In this document: in pieces, positions 1-12,121 of the stretch
Position numbering within the stretch: position 1 is the first letter of the stretch
How the letters are laid out: the number at the start of each line of letters is the position of its first letter
From: Atractiella rhizophila
Lineage: Eukaryota
NCBI GenBank assembly: GCA_021432655.1
Contig: MU271266.1
Span: 66,288-112,679 of the forward strand
Length of the DNA stretch: 46,392 nt
Reading direction: 5' to 3'
Notes under the pieces: generated by a model
Told to the model about the DNA's origin: nothing
Databases searched by the model: none
The model's input: only the letters and a program-made list of their open reading frames with translations
Program-made: the position numbers and the translations under genes

Positions 1-2559
1 ACTCACACCTTCGCTGACCACTTTCGTACCACCGGCACTCCGATTTATCGCGTCTCCGCTCTTGAGAATGAGAAGCCAGTCGTCCAGCGCTTTCTGCCAC
101 TTTTCAGTAGCTTCATATGCTTTCGCTCGACGACTAAGAGCCTTCCCGACGCAATCCTTCGCATCAGATTCACCCAAATTTTCTTCGAACTCATCAGCTA
201 AGAGAGCGAGCTTAGAATCCTCTCCCACTCGTCTCTGTAGAACTATCTCAAGCACAGTCACGCAGTCCTTAATCGTTCCAGAGTTATCACCCGTTTTTAA
301 TCGTGAAGCAGCGCGATTATTAAGGAGTGGCAAAAGAGCAAGGTGTTTCTCCGGCAAGCTGTCGATAGCTTTCGAATACTCCTGCTCAGCATCTCCAAAA
401 CGACCAAGCTTGAAAAACTCATTCCCCTTCGATCGATAATTGGAGCAAGCGCTCAGTTGTTGCGGCGTCGCATCAATTTGCGTTCGCGGAGGTCGTCTTG
501 GTCGCGCTGGAGCAGGCGTAGGAGGTTTTGGTGAGACAGAACGAGAGGCTGGAACACTGGTCTGAAGTATATTAGAGCTTGATGAGGGAGTCGGTGCCCG
601 GTTGTCACGGGTAGCAACCTTCCGTCGAGCAGAGGAGACGTATGGTTGTCGTTCTGCAGGTTTGACCGGAGGACGATCTGAGAACGGGTCACCTAGAAGG
701 GAAGGTTGTGGGGGTTGCGTTGATGAAGTAGAAGCCTGGCGTGCAGGGGGTCGTTGATGGAGCACCTCTTCGTCTCTGAAATCTGAAAATTTCTCCACAG
801 GGACGCTGCTTTCAGCTTGTATCTCCTCAGCCCCATCAGTCATCCACTTCGGCCGTCCATTAGCAGGCTCTTTTCCTCCTCGTCTGGATGGCGCAGTTCC
901 CTCCTGGCCACTCGATTGAGCTAGCTTTCTCTCGTCCAGTGCCTTCTTGACAGTCGCTTGAGACGTCTGATAGAGCTTGTTCGCCTTACTGAAGACGTTC
1001 ATTCCAAATGCAGAGGCTTGAGCAGCGAGCACAGAAGCCTGGTCTTGGAGCGCTTGAGGTATCTTTGGAGTTGCGGTGCCTCCTGGACTCGAGGATCCGC
1101 TGTTGGCACGCAAGAATTTAGGTATGGAAGGTCGGAAGGGATTGTTCGTGGGGGAAGTCGATTCTTCAGACTGAGGCTGAACCTGAGGAGATCTGCGCTG
1201 CGGCGGCGGTGGAGGAGGGTCGTCATCGTCGTCCAGATATCTCCTCCTCCTCGCATCATGATCTACGACCCTCTCATCTCCCCATTCATCCTCCACGCGC
1301 TTTCTCGCCTCTGCTTCTCGTTCTTCCCTCGTTGTCGTTGTTTTAGATGTGCTCTCACCGCGACCGGCAGGAGAAGGTCGACGAGAGCTCACGATAGCTT
1401 CTACAGCAGCTTCCAAGTTCCATTCGCCGTTCGGACCAACCGTTGCGAGGAGAGCATTCTTGGCTTGAGGCACCGAGAAGCCCATGAGCACCAACTCGCC
1501 CAAAATATGAGGTGGAGGAGTGCTTCCGCGCATGGGTGGTGTTCGCGGCAGAGGGCTGACTGAGGGGGACTAAGCAGATGTCAGCGACAAAAAGCACTTT
1601 GCAAGAACAAAACACACAGGTTCTAATCTGATATTCCCACCGCCTTCTCCGTCCCACTCGTTCCGTTTGGGCACAGGCTTCCCCAACTCGCCTAAAATAT
1701 CATCGTCCGCTGCTGCGTCATCCAAGAGGTTCCCATCAAGTTCGTCGTTCTCTGAACCATCCTCAAAATCTCCAAGCAAGCTCGGACCTTTCCCTTGCGT
1801 CGTTCGAGACCGCCCTGAAGCCGCAGAAGTGGATGCGGGTCCTGCTTGGCTGAAGTCGCCGAAGTCGTCAAGGAGGGGACTATTCCGGGAGGACGAAGAA
1901 GCTACTGGGGTGTCGAATGGAGAGGCGGTAGGTTTGGATGCGGTTGCCTGAGATGGAGTAAGGAGGTCAAAGTCCCATGGATCAGAGGCAGTATCAGCTT
2001 TTGGAGATGGAGCTGCCTTCGGTGAACTAAAGTAGAGATAGAATCAGTCGTGCACGCTCTTCTGTCATGAACCAGGAAGTGTGAAGTGAGAGACATTGAT
2101 TTCGTCACAATCATGTCTTCCCGTTTGTAGAGCAACACATATAGCTGTGTAGCAACGCAGCAACACCTTTATCGATGAGAGAACACACCTGCTTCCAGAC
2201 CCCGGGAACATATGGGTAGCCTTCAACCTGTCTGCCATGCTCATATTCTCCTTCTTCTCCGCCACACCTTGGTTCCCAAACAAATCTCCAAACGCATCTT
2301 TCTTCGCACCACTATTTGTAGTACCCGTACTAGGCAACGATGGAGCAGTCGATTTTGCTGCAGACAGTGGTTGTGAGGGAGATGGGCTCGAATTCCTAGG
2401 CGTAGGAGCTGCTGCTGGAGACGTGGGAAAGAGCAGATCGAAGGCGTTGGGCTTCTTCACTGTTGTGGTCGTGTTGAGAGTGCCTGGACTGGGAGTCGGC
2501 TTGAGAGGGGCGGTTGCATTGCTGTTGCTGTTGAATGATATGTCGAATAGGTCGTCCAT
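1..2559 (-). CDS. SWA2: Auxilin-like clathrin-uncoating factor (UBA + TPR; J-domain expected beyond window), 3'-partial, spliced
   Basis: Starts MDDLFDISF at ATG 2559. The low-complexity N-terminus has DLF/DLL/DPW motifs. A UBA-like segment reads LVLMGFSVPQAKNALLAT..WNLEAAVEAI (~1390-1500). A TPR segment reads GNEFFKLGRFGDAEQEYSKAI..LLNNRAASRLKTGD..KALSRRAKAYEATEKWQKALDDW (~75-430). The frame stays open off the left edge. Confidence 0.85.
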
Positions 2560-3229
2560 GCTGCCTTTATCTAGCTTAGCCTGAGCCTGCTTATCCTGTT
2601 TGAGCTGAGCTGTTGATGTCCAACAAGATTCGGTTCCGCTAGAAATTCCTGAAAGCATCTACTATTCTTTTCCTTCTTCAGCTGCCTCTTGTTTGCTACA
2701 GCAGAAAGCTTCCTAGGTACCAAATATTGTTGCATCATATCAGTTGCAGGAGGAGGCATGATAGTCTCCAAGAAAGCAGAGTCTACGCCTTTGGATTGCA
2801 TTGCTTCAACTTGAAGTTGTAGTCCGCAGTGCTCATCCAACGCTTCCAGCGCAAGGTGATAATACGCTATGCTGACAGAAATGTTTTCTTTTCTTTTCGT
2901 GGCGGCTATGCAAGGCTATCGGTTGTTTCATCCTTGTGCGCAAGTCTGACTTCCCTTCTGGACCTCGAGGATGAATCTATAAGGATGATGGAGGTTCTTT
3001 TACCAAAAGACCTTTGAGGTGGTAGTTCATGCAAGTCGCCAGTCTTTACAAATACCTTATTAATCAATGCTCGATAGAAATATGGTAGACGCCCGCCATT
3101 CTTTCCATCGTTAGACAAATGCACCGAGGATGCATAATTAATTCTTCGTCGTGGTATAAGTGATAAAACATGTCTATAGTCTAACTCCAGTAAGTCGAAG
3201 GAGTCTACGCATATCCAACAACAAGTTGT

Positions 3230-4242
3230 CTACAGCTTGGCACCTTCCTCTTCCGTCGATAGGACATCCACTCTTCTCCTGCTAGGACCCACGATATCCC
3301 TCCTTCGCTCCTCCCCTTCTTCATCTGGGAGAGTAAAACTCTCAATGTATTCCTTATAAAAAGCTCTCCAATTCGCCTATAATCCCCCAACAGATCATGA
3401 GCATCGAAATTGAAAGGGGGACGAAGGGAAAGCAGATGCGTACTTTGGCAGGAACGAAATGACTACCCTCGTGCCACTCCACCCTCGGTTCCCTACAAAT
3501 GTCCACGAGCGATTGCGCGCGTTCGGGAGAAACGATCACGTCGTTCTGGCCCAGTATGAATAGTGCTTCAGTACTCCGCCCGGTGTCTGGGTCGTAGTTG
3601 AAGGAGGGGGAGAAGAAGGATTGGTGGGAGGGATCGAGGGAGCGGAAGCCGGAGACGAGGATGCAGAATTTTAGAGGTGCGATGTCAAGGTGGGATGAGG
3701 AGGAAGTGGGAGAGGAGAAGGCGGGGTGAAGCGAGGGACGGAGGAAGAGAGATGTTAGCATGGCTGCGAAGCCTGCACCTTGGCTGAACCCTTAACGTAA
3801 ATGGTCAGTATTGATGGTTGTTAAAAAGGATTGACAAACCAATGACACCGTCGAATCCCCCTACTTCCTCGTTTTTCTCCCTGATGAACTTCACACTCTC
3901 GTCAAACCCTTCATAGTGTGGTGGTCCTTGATCATCTCTCCTCCTTTCCGACTCCACCACATCCTTGGCGGATCATCACCATCTGTGTTGGCATTCGAGT
4001 CGAACTGACTGTTGTCCGTACCAAATGTCGGGGTGAGGACGACGTGAGGAGCATTGTAGTAGTCTGCGAATATCATGCATAAGGCAACAGCATGTGTGTA
4101 AGCATATCTGGGTATTCGGGGAGAGGAATCACGAACAGAATTCAGCCACTCCTTTCTTCACGCTTTTTCGTACGACGCCTGTCTTCTTCGAGAATACAGA
4201 GGCGTTCTGAGTGTATCCATGGAGCATCAATATCTTTAACAT
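3230..4242 (-). CDS. FSH1: FSH1/OVCA2-family serine hydrolase, spliced
   Basis: N-terminus MLKILMLHGYTQNA. Nucleophile elbow FDGVIG|FSQGA is split by an intron. Catalytic Asp lies in GQNDVIV and His in HEGSHFVP. The last exon 3376-3230 ends GAKL*. Confidence 0.9.
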
Positions 4243-4719
4243 CGTGTCTAAGCAGTCTCCTTGGGTATTCTCTATGTCTAAATTTCTGTGGTGGCTGATA
4301 ATTAGAAAGCAGACTGCACGTGACTATTTGTCAGTGTGAATACGGCGTATACGGAAAGGTTAAGGTTAGAAATGCGAGAGTGCGGAATGCGAGGTAGAGA
4401 CTGGGAACAAGTCTGAAACTACATAGCTGTACGATAGGCCTTATATAAACATGAAATACCAATGATACCATAAACAATCATCGAATATGCAAGAGAGCAA
4501 AGTAACAATCATAAGAGACGGAATAGGGGAGTAAGGAGAGATACTAACAATCATTACAGGATCACCTAATGCGTGACCTGAATGTTGCAATGAGGGGGAG
4601 AATGATGGGGAGGGAAGAGGTGTTGGAAGGACAGGGAATTCCCCAGAGTGGTGTCGAAGCAGTAGACGGGAACCATGACTCTAACGGAGGAGTCATCGTA
4701 TCCACATCAGAACATTCCA

Positions 4720-4725
4720 ACGCGT
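4720..4725 (+). promoter_or_regulatory. MCB-like element (ACGCGT) upstream of ORC5
   Basis: Perfect ACGCGT ~48 nt before the ORC5 ATG. MluI cell-cycle boxes are typical of fungal DNA-replication genes. It is a single hexamer, so chance is possible. Confidence 0.35.
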
Positions 4726-4772
4726 GAACCAGTTCAAGAGCGAAATTGTTGCTCCCTTCACGGCGGCGGACG

Positions 4773-6582
4773 ATGGCCCTCCGTTACGACGTGCTTACCG
4801 CACTTCTCCCCTCGCTCAACCACACGCTATCCACGCTTCATTCGCTCCTCACGACTCCCCATCCCCCGCCATTCATCTTCCTACACGCACCCACCAACAC
4901 CCACCTCGTCTCCCAAATCCTGCGCTCAATCCTATCCGGCGCCTCATTCACAGTCCTCGATCTGGTCGAACTCTGGCACCCAAAACTCGTGTACGATGCG
5001 TTGTTGCACTCTAAAACCGAAACGATGTCTATCGAGAGGAGTGATGAGAGAATCGAAGTGGAAAGCATTTCCCAGCTCGGCGCTGAACTCGCACGTCAGC
5101 AAGTAGAGGGGGGAGATAGCGGTGTGCGCTTTTGGATCTGGGAAAGAGGGGAACGGATGCAAGGCGTTGGAAAAGAGGGTGAGGGACAGAGCGCGATCGG
5201 CGCCAGCGCTGGAGGAGATGGGTGGATGGGTGGAATGTTGCGGCTCGGTCGCGAGGTGACTTATTCTTCTCTTCCCTGTTCCTCATTTTTGACGTTAGCT
5301 TCTTGGTGGAAGCTACCAAATCCGTCTGTTCGATTGTCATATCACACCTCTCTTGGGCTCAAATACGCGTTTTGAGCGCATCTGGAGGAGTGGAACCTAT
5401 CGTGGTGGATGTGGAAAATATAAGTGGTGAAGGTGCCTTTGTCCCTTCATATCTCACCCGCCGTCATGACTGAATGATCCAGAGCAGACGAAATCTCTCT
5501 CCTCGCTCACATGAAGTTCGAAGGAGAGGAAGATCCAGCAGAGGAAGAGGAAAAGAATCTCTACCGCTCTCTGCTCGCCTTGCTTCTTAACACTTTCTCC
5601 GGTTACATTGGCAACGATTTGAGCGAGTTGGGATGGTTGGGAGAGAGATATTGGGATCGATGGCGTGGATTCGTCACATCAGGCATCGGTACGTTTCGTC
5701 ACTTCTCATCGTGTTTTCTGCTCAGAGCAAAGTGTAGCATCAGCAGACGAAGAAGCCAAGCTCATGATGCACCTCAAACCGGAGCTAATGGACCAAATCA
5801 CCTCGTTCTCTCACTCCTTTAAACGCCCCCTTCCCCTTTCAAACACCTCCCCAACTTCTACGGCCATTCAAGCGCTGCCAACAACAATGGCGCAAAAACC
5901 TTCTCTTCCAAAGTTTCTTTCCGCCATAGCCAAATATCTCCTCCTCGCCGCCTACTTTGCTTCGTACAACCCCACAAGGTCAGATAGGACACTTTTCGTA
6001 CGGGTAGACGAGAGCGCCGAAGGCGGATTGAAGAAGAAGAAGCGGAAGCGGAAGGCGGTCAGGAAAGCTAAAGATGTAGACGAGATGGATGAAGGAGTGC
6101 GTCCCTCCCTACATATTTAGTATACTCATGTTGTGTTGACGCGCAACGTCGGAGAGAAGCTCTTGAAGAGGAGGAGGAAAGAGCCACAGCACCTTCTTGG
6201 ACCGAAAGCGTTCGCGGTGGAGAGGATGTTGGCTATTTTCCAGAATATCATGCAGGAGCACGACGAAGAAGAGCACTGATGGAAAGACGCTATCGAAGTC
6301 CAAAGTCAGGTCCGTATCCCATCTTCGCCCTGCTTCTATTTCATGTTGTAAGTACAGGTCTCTTATCTCCTTTCCCTCCGTCTCCTTACACCCGCAACAT
6401 CATCCTCACCTCCATCGACATCGAACTTTCATCCCCTTGTCGACCGTCTGCTCGAAACCGGATTCAAGCTCAAGTGCAATGTAGGATTAGAGACGGTGGA
6501 AGAAGTTGGAGTGAGTTTGGGCTGGAAAGTAGGGGAGGTAAGGGAGAGGATCTGGGGGATGAATGAGGACAATGTTCTTTGA
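4773..6582 (+). CDS. ORC5: Origin recognition complex subunit 5, spliced
   Basis: ORC5 C-terminal signatures AKYLLLAAYFASYNPTRSDRTLF, LGPKAFAVERMLAIFQNI and SYLLSLRLL..FKLKCNVGLETVEEVG. Stop TGA at 6580-6582 after splicing. Confidence 0.85.
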
Positions 6583-6688
6583 ACTATTCCTTGCTGGTAC
6601 CTACGTAATCCAAGTTGCACTGCACAAAACAGAATTGCATTGCACATCGATATAGTTTAGTAATAACGTTGCACAAGCAATAGGTAGC

Positions 6689-8382
6689 TCAGTCACTTCC
6701 CTTTACCTTATACTTCCTCCACCACCACATCCCCACTCCTGCAGTCGCAATCACACCAACTAGAATAGAATAAAACCTAACCTCCACCCATCTCTCCATT
6801 TCCTTCTGTTCCTTCTCCTTCTTCACCCTCCTCTTGGCTCGATGCCTCAACTGTTTCTCCATCTCCTTCTTCCTCTTCACCGCTCTCTCTTCCTCCTCCC
6901 GCTTCCCAACTACGACCGGATCAGGTTCATCCCACCTCACGTCTCGAATCCCATATGTCGCTTGATCGGGAATGAAAATATTGGGATCGATTTCCTTCGC
7001 TCGACCAAAGTATCGACCGCAGAGCCAGTTTCGTTCCCGGACGTCACGAACTACGATACCGAGGGTGGTGGAGGGACCGCGAAGGCCTGCAGAGGCGGAG
7101 GTAGATTGCGGATGGTTGAAAGCACCGAGTACGGAAAGCCCGGCGTCGACGCAGAGCTGTGCAAAAGCTGAGGAGCCGCCGAGACGGTCGAAGAGGAGTT
7201 CTTGGTTGTCAACTGTCGAAGTCGTCGGAGAGGTGGACGAGTGTCCTGCTGCGGAGGAGGAAGAGGTGGGTTTCTGTAATCCTAGAACTGTCGCATCAGG
7301 AGAAGGAGGTGAAGGCATGTCGAATCGGACTTTGGAGATGTCGTCTAAGTTGGCGAATGTGTTGACAAGTGTGACCGTGGCTAGAGGGGACTTTCCTTGT
7401 TGATATGCGCGCATAAGATAGTCGAAAGCTTTCAATCTATCGGTCTGCAACTTGGAAGTCCCAATTAACGCCATACTCGTCACATCCACATCATATTCGT
7501 CCTCCGACCCTTCTTTACCTCCTGAAATTGGAGCCACAATCAAGTGTTGCCATATTTCGGGTGAGAGCTTCTCCAAATGAAGAGTCAACAATTTTTCCTC
7601 CAACGCTTCATTTGGTCGCGAATAATTGGATTGGGACATCGAAGCGGGAGGAGAGGCATCAGTGGAGGTTGAAGTTGGTAGGGAATGGAGAGAAGCTGAA
7701 ATCGATGTCGATCGCTCAGTCGCATGAGCGACCTGGACTAGAGATTCAGCAGAGGCTTTGACGAACACTCCGCTGCTCTGAAGTGAGCGTTCATCCTTGC
7801 TACCTTGATCGGATCCTGGGTTCCCAACTACCGCGAAAGAGCCGCCGGATGAGCGTGAGCGTGAAGACGATGGAGAACCGGTGATGGAGGATTCGCCGTG
7901 CACAGGAGAGCTGGCGCGTGTGCTGAAGCCTGAACCTGTGAATGAGGAGGTCGGTCTATAGCTAGTCGATTTCTCAAGCTGCCATAGCGAGTTGTACTTG
8001 TCTATAGGACGGTAAAGTCTCCCCTACGGTGCACAAGTTTAGAATAAAGAAGTGAATCCAAACCGGAAACACACCTTGATGACATCGACCCACTTAGATT
8101 CCTCTCCCCCATCGCTTGAGGGATATTTTAACCTCGTCCTCGCAATCACATGGTTCTGTTCTATTCGAATATCGATGTCTGCTTTCGACAAAGATGCCGG
8201 GATGAGAAAGAGGACCGTCGCCTGTCACAGACCATTTCAGGCATTCAAACCTCGAAAATGGAGAACGGTGTACCTGGTCATGAGACTGTTGCCATCATGT
8301 CCCCATCAGAAAAGTATTCTATGGTGCAAATAAAACTCACCTGGTGCCAGGTATAAGGAGGAACTGCCACTTGTTCCTGCAT
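6689..8382 (-). CDS. CS/NudC-like (HSP20-fold) domain protein with C-terminal transmembrane anchor, spliced
   Basis: Spliced N-terminus MQEQVAVPPYTWHQ|SHDQ|ATVLFLIP..DIDIRIEQNHV..VIK|GRLYRPIDKYNSLWQLE resembles a CS domain, which resumes at LLTLHLEK..IWQHLI. C-terminal hydrophobic helix YSILVGVIATAGVGMWWW followed by RKYKVK. Confidence 0.75.
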
Positions 8383-10137
8383 GGCTGACAGGAGCTGCTG
8401 CTGCTTTAAGTTGTGAATATATGTGTGTAGAAGGCCGAAAAGCGGTCGGAACAAGTCAATTTCACGTGGTATCCCTGATTTTGGGCGAACGCGGCTCAAT
8501 AAAAGGCGAGGACGTTCACCTTCACTTACTAGGATCCCCAATTTTTCAGCAAAGCGTTCTCCACAACCGCTCTTGCCTCCTTCCACAAAGCATCAGAAAA
8601 GAAAGAGGGGACGAGCAATGGACGTATCCAAAATAATTTCTTTTGGCGCGAAAGCTCAGGAAACCGTGGACATGGACGAGACTCCTCAATTCTCCTTCCT
8701 CCCCATTTCTGGCACTTTTCTATGCTACATCCTCTTGTTAGGCGTTCTAGTCTTTGCAAGGACGCAGTATCGGAAGAGCAACGCGGTGAAAGGGTCAGGA
8801 TCCAAGAGCTGATCGTTGGGAGTGGAGATGGACCCTCAGATTGGGTGAAACGGAATTGGAAAGTCTATGAGTGCGTTCTCCTTATTGCTCCATGGCCAGA
8901 TCTAGTGGGATGAATCAAAGGATGCAGTCAATATCTTGTCACGATACGTTTCACGCCTTCGGTTTCAATCAATATAACGACAATCAACATCATCACTACC
9001 TCGAACGTCTTTAATTCTTTCTTCGGACCCTCCGTCATCTACTTCATTTGCGTATCTTATCACTGGAATTTTGGATCTGTCACTTTCGTATCTTGGCATT
9101 TTGGAGCATTCTGTTGTGTTTGTAAACAAAGGATCAACGCTGTAGCGCTTGCTTGAAGTCTTCATTGTTCAACCAATGGATCATCACTCAATTCGACTTT
9201 CTTCCAATTTACGTCCCTTGTCTCCTGTGCACCACCCACTCACTATTCCACTTTCAGTTTTACACCTTGCCGCATGGAACCCGACCCTGTTCCACATTGA
9301 GCGCTAAAGGCTCTCGTTTTCGTTCGTACTTGTGGAACTTGTGGGGACGTCCAACTCGAAATCTTGATTTGAGGGCGAGGACTGACGGTCACGGTTACTC
9401 TGACAGAGGGATTACCGCGACGCGTGACTTTTGAAGTTGAAAACTGTTAGCGCGTAGCCATCTGTTCTCATGTTCTGGTGTGGATCCGAAAGCGTTCATG
9501 AAATGTCTGCTTCTAGCTATAGGGCTGCCCGAAGTGCGCAGAGCATGAGCTAGTAGGTAGTGACACCATGAATTCAAGTTGAGCGCCAGTAAGCATCCGA
9601 TCACGATTAGTTTAATGATGGGACGCGCAGGCGGGAGAGCAAAAGGTGAGTCAAGGCAGGCAAGATGAGGGTTGCAAAGGCGAAAGTCAGTCAGTTGCAA
9701 GAGTTCGACCAGGTCTGCGCAATGTGCATAAAGTAATAATAAAGGACAGAGTATAAGGTTGATGCGAGCTGACAGCATGATGGACAAGTGTGAAGTGGGG
9801 TAAGAAGAGAAAAGGAATCACTACAAAGGGACATTCAGGACGTGAAGCACTGAAACGATGAAAGGCATCAGGAATATTCACATCCAACGGAATTTCTACA
9901 GGTTCAGATGAACAACAGGGACCGTAAGAATTATTCATCACAGGGTAGAAGGGTAGAGTTTGAAGGAATAAATGGGAGAAAGAGTGATGCACCGTCGAGT
10001 GAGTGGAGTGAAATGATGGATGGATCCAAGGATGCAAAAGCCACCTCGGCATGCAAAAAGAATGGGCACGAAATGGAGGCTGAAAGATCACTTGCGGGGA
10101 CAAGAGGTAGTTGGTGCCGCCGACGATGTGCAGGCTT

Positions 10138-11014
10138 TCAGGCGTCGACCTTGGGAACGGTATGGTGAGAGTTAGAAGTGTCCGACTCGCTCGTCCTCGT
10201 TGAGGACTCTTCGCTGCCCTCGTGAGCAGTCTCGTAAGCTTGAGGTATTCGCTCGACGTCCACCATCGACATCGGCGTGATTGCTACACGCGGACCCAAC
10301 AATTTATACTCACATTCAAACAGAAGGGAATGAAAACACGTACACCGACTGTCGTACTCGCCATTGTAAAAAGGTTCAGACTCAAAGCGCTCAGCAGCAG
10401 GTGCGTTTTCTTCCCACGGACCAAAACCATCACCTCCAAGCCAATCAAAAGACAAGACAGAGCGTACCGTGATCATACAATGGCGTTGCTGGGGTAAGGA
10501 TAATCTCAGGCAGATTATCCCTTTTCCTCTTCTTCTCCATGAAAGCCTGCACAAAGCTCTTCTTTGGCTTCAACCTCTTCTCCTTCTCAGCACCAACCAG
10601 CCCCCTCCTATCCGGCGACACCACCATCGCGTTCGGTGACGTCCTCCACTCCTCTGGATCTTCAAAACCACCGCTCGGCAATACAGGAACAGGTGGAGCG
10701 TCCTCCTTCTCCCACTTCCCTCCAACGCTCACAAAAGTGAACCCATCATCTTGACTCTTCCGCTGCTTCAAAAACGGTCTCGAGACCTTTCTCGTCAGCT
10801 TCTTGAAGAAGCTATGGATAGGACGCTTCCCAGAATTCGAAGACCTCACGGACGATATGGAATAGCTTGAGAGGGAGATGGAGTCGAGATCCTGGTCGTC
10901 CCCTCTGGAGAAAAAGGTGGATTCAGAGTTAGGAGTCGTTGCTGTAGTCGTTGTAGACACTGAAGCGACTGAAGAGATGGACTCCGTCTGAGAATTCGTT
11001 GGGTGACCAGGCAT
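10138..11014 (-). CDS. Hypothetical intrinsically disordered Ser/Thr-rich protein, two introns
   Basis: ATG 11014 (MPGHPTNSQ). The long exon has coding-like composition. Two GTACG-type introns keep the frame to ...TVPKVDA* at 10138. No recognisable domain. Confidence 0.65.
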
Positions 11015-11998
11015 GGCGCGAAAAAAGCAAATCTGGGGAAAAGTTGATTGGAGAAGGAGCGTGAGGGAGGGTAGTAAGGACCGTGGGGATGTATACGAAA
11101 AAAGAGTGAAGTGACCCCTACGGCTACGATTCAAGTGGAAGACCCAAGGGACGGCAAAGGGGATCTGGTTGAAAATGGCCACAAGGAGACAAAGGTCCGA
11201 ACCAAAAACACATTGCACATGCTTGCACTGCCACAAAACCCGGAATCTAAAACAGTGCAATTTATCAAGCAATAGTGCCAAACGAAGGGAGCTTACCACT
11301 CCAGCACAATCCTTCCATCCTCATCGATGCAGCAGCCAGTGCAAACGTCATGGAAACATGGAAACTTCCGAGTTAATTGATGCCTACGTCCATATCTCTC
11401 TTGCCTCGTATCAGAATTGGCACGAGAGGAAAGGAGTGATCTGGTGGTTGCAAAATGATTGCCAAGTACGACTTGTCAATATCCTAGGATTTGAAGCGGT
11501 GAGCCAGGTCATTATGTCAGCTCAGTTTCATGGCGGGTGACAGTGGTCTTGTGAGAAGTCCAATACTTCAAATGTGGAGCTGTAATAAAAAAGCAGAAAT
11601 AATATTACAGACATACATCGTCCCATGAATGTTCTGGATTCCTGCAAATGGGTGAGGCAGGATAGTTCCCATCTTTCACTGTAACTTAATCGGCAAAGCC
11701 GTGTTGACGACCGTTTCCGTTCTTCCTCCTCCTGTCGACAAATGTTGTCTGCATAAACAACAATATGCATTATCGCGTACCCGGGAGGCCGCTCAAGCGC
11801 TGAAGTAACCAGTTTACGAGGATAAGGAGGAAGGGGAAACACAGCTCGGAAGAAGAGCGTCTGCGAGTTCCTACCGGCATATTTCCGAAGCTCGTCCCAC
11901 GGGCGTTTTAGGCCCTGAAACCAACAAACGAACAATTGGAAGCACAGAACAACCGATGTAACTGGCGATGAGCTGGAAATTTTACTTCCTGGTCATAA

Positions 11999-12004
11999 TA
12001 TAAA
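11999..12004 (+). promoter_or_regulatory. TATA box of globin gene
   Basis: TATAAA ~120 nt upstream of ATG 12122, followed by a pyrimidine-rich leader. Confidence 0.5.
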
Positions 12005-12121
12005 GGCGGGGACGAATCCCGTTCAGGTTTATTTTTCCCACCTCACGCATTCATTACAAATTCTTTACATTCAAGCTCCAGCTTTGAATTGACTTGAATT
12101 TGCTTCTTTGTATTCTTCGTC

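Noticed and set aside
62..2584. Plus-strand ORFs (62-439, 958-1563, 1667-1951, 2237-2584)
   Set aside because: Antisense shadows of the SWA2-like coding sequence with no independent motifs. The same applies to most antisense ORFs over BMS1, NT-C2, MIC60 and CWF19L2.
2571..3124. Short ORFs between SWA2 and FSH1
   Set aside because: No recognisable domain or coherent splice model; probably promoter/UTR sequence.
8423..10103. Several 60-140 aa ORFs in the long intergenic stretch
   Set aside because: Composition is UTR-like (purine/pyrimidine-skewed) and I could not build a consistent gene model.
11200..11990. Scattered GATA-like hexamers upstream of the globin as iron-repressor sites
   Set aside because: No extended ATCWGATAA-type consensus or close pairing; frequency is compatible with background.
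11979..11992. 14-mer ATTTTACTTCCTGG identical to 37374-37387, both in promoter regions
   Set aside because: A few identical 14-mer pairs are expected by chance in 46 kb (about n^2/2 divided by 4^14, roughly 4), and the genes share no evident function.
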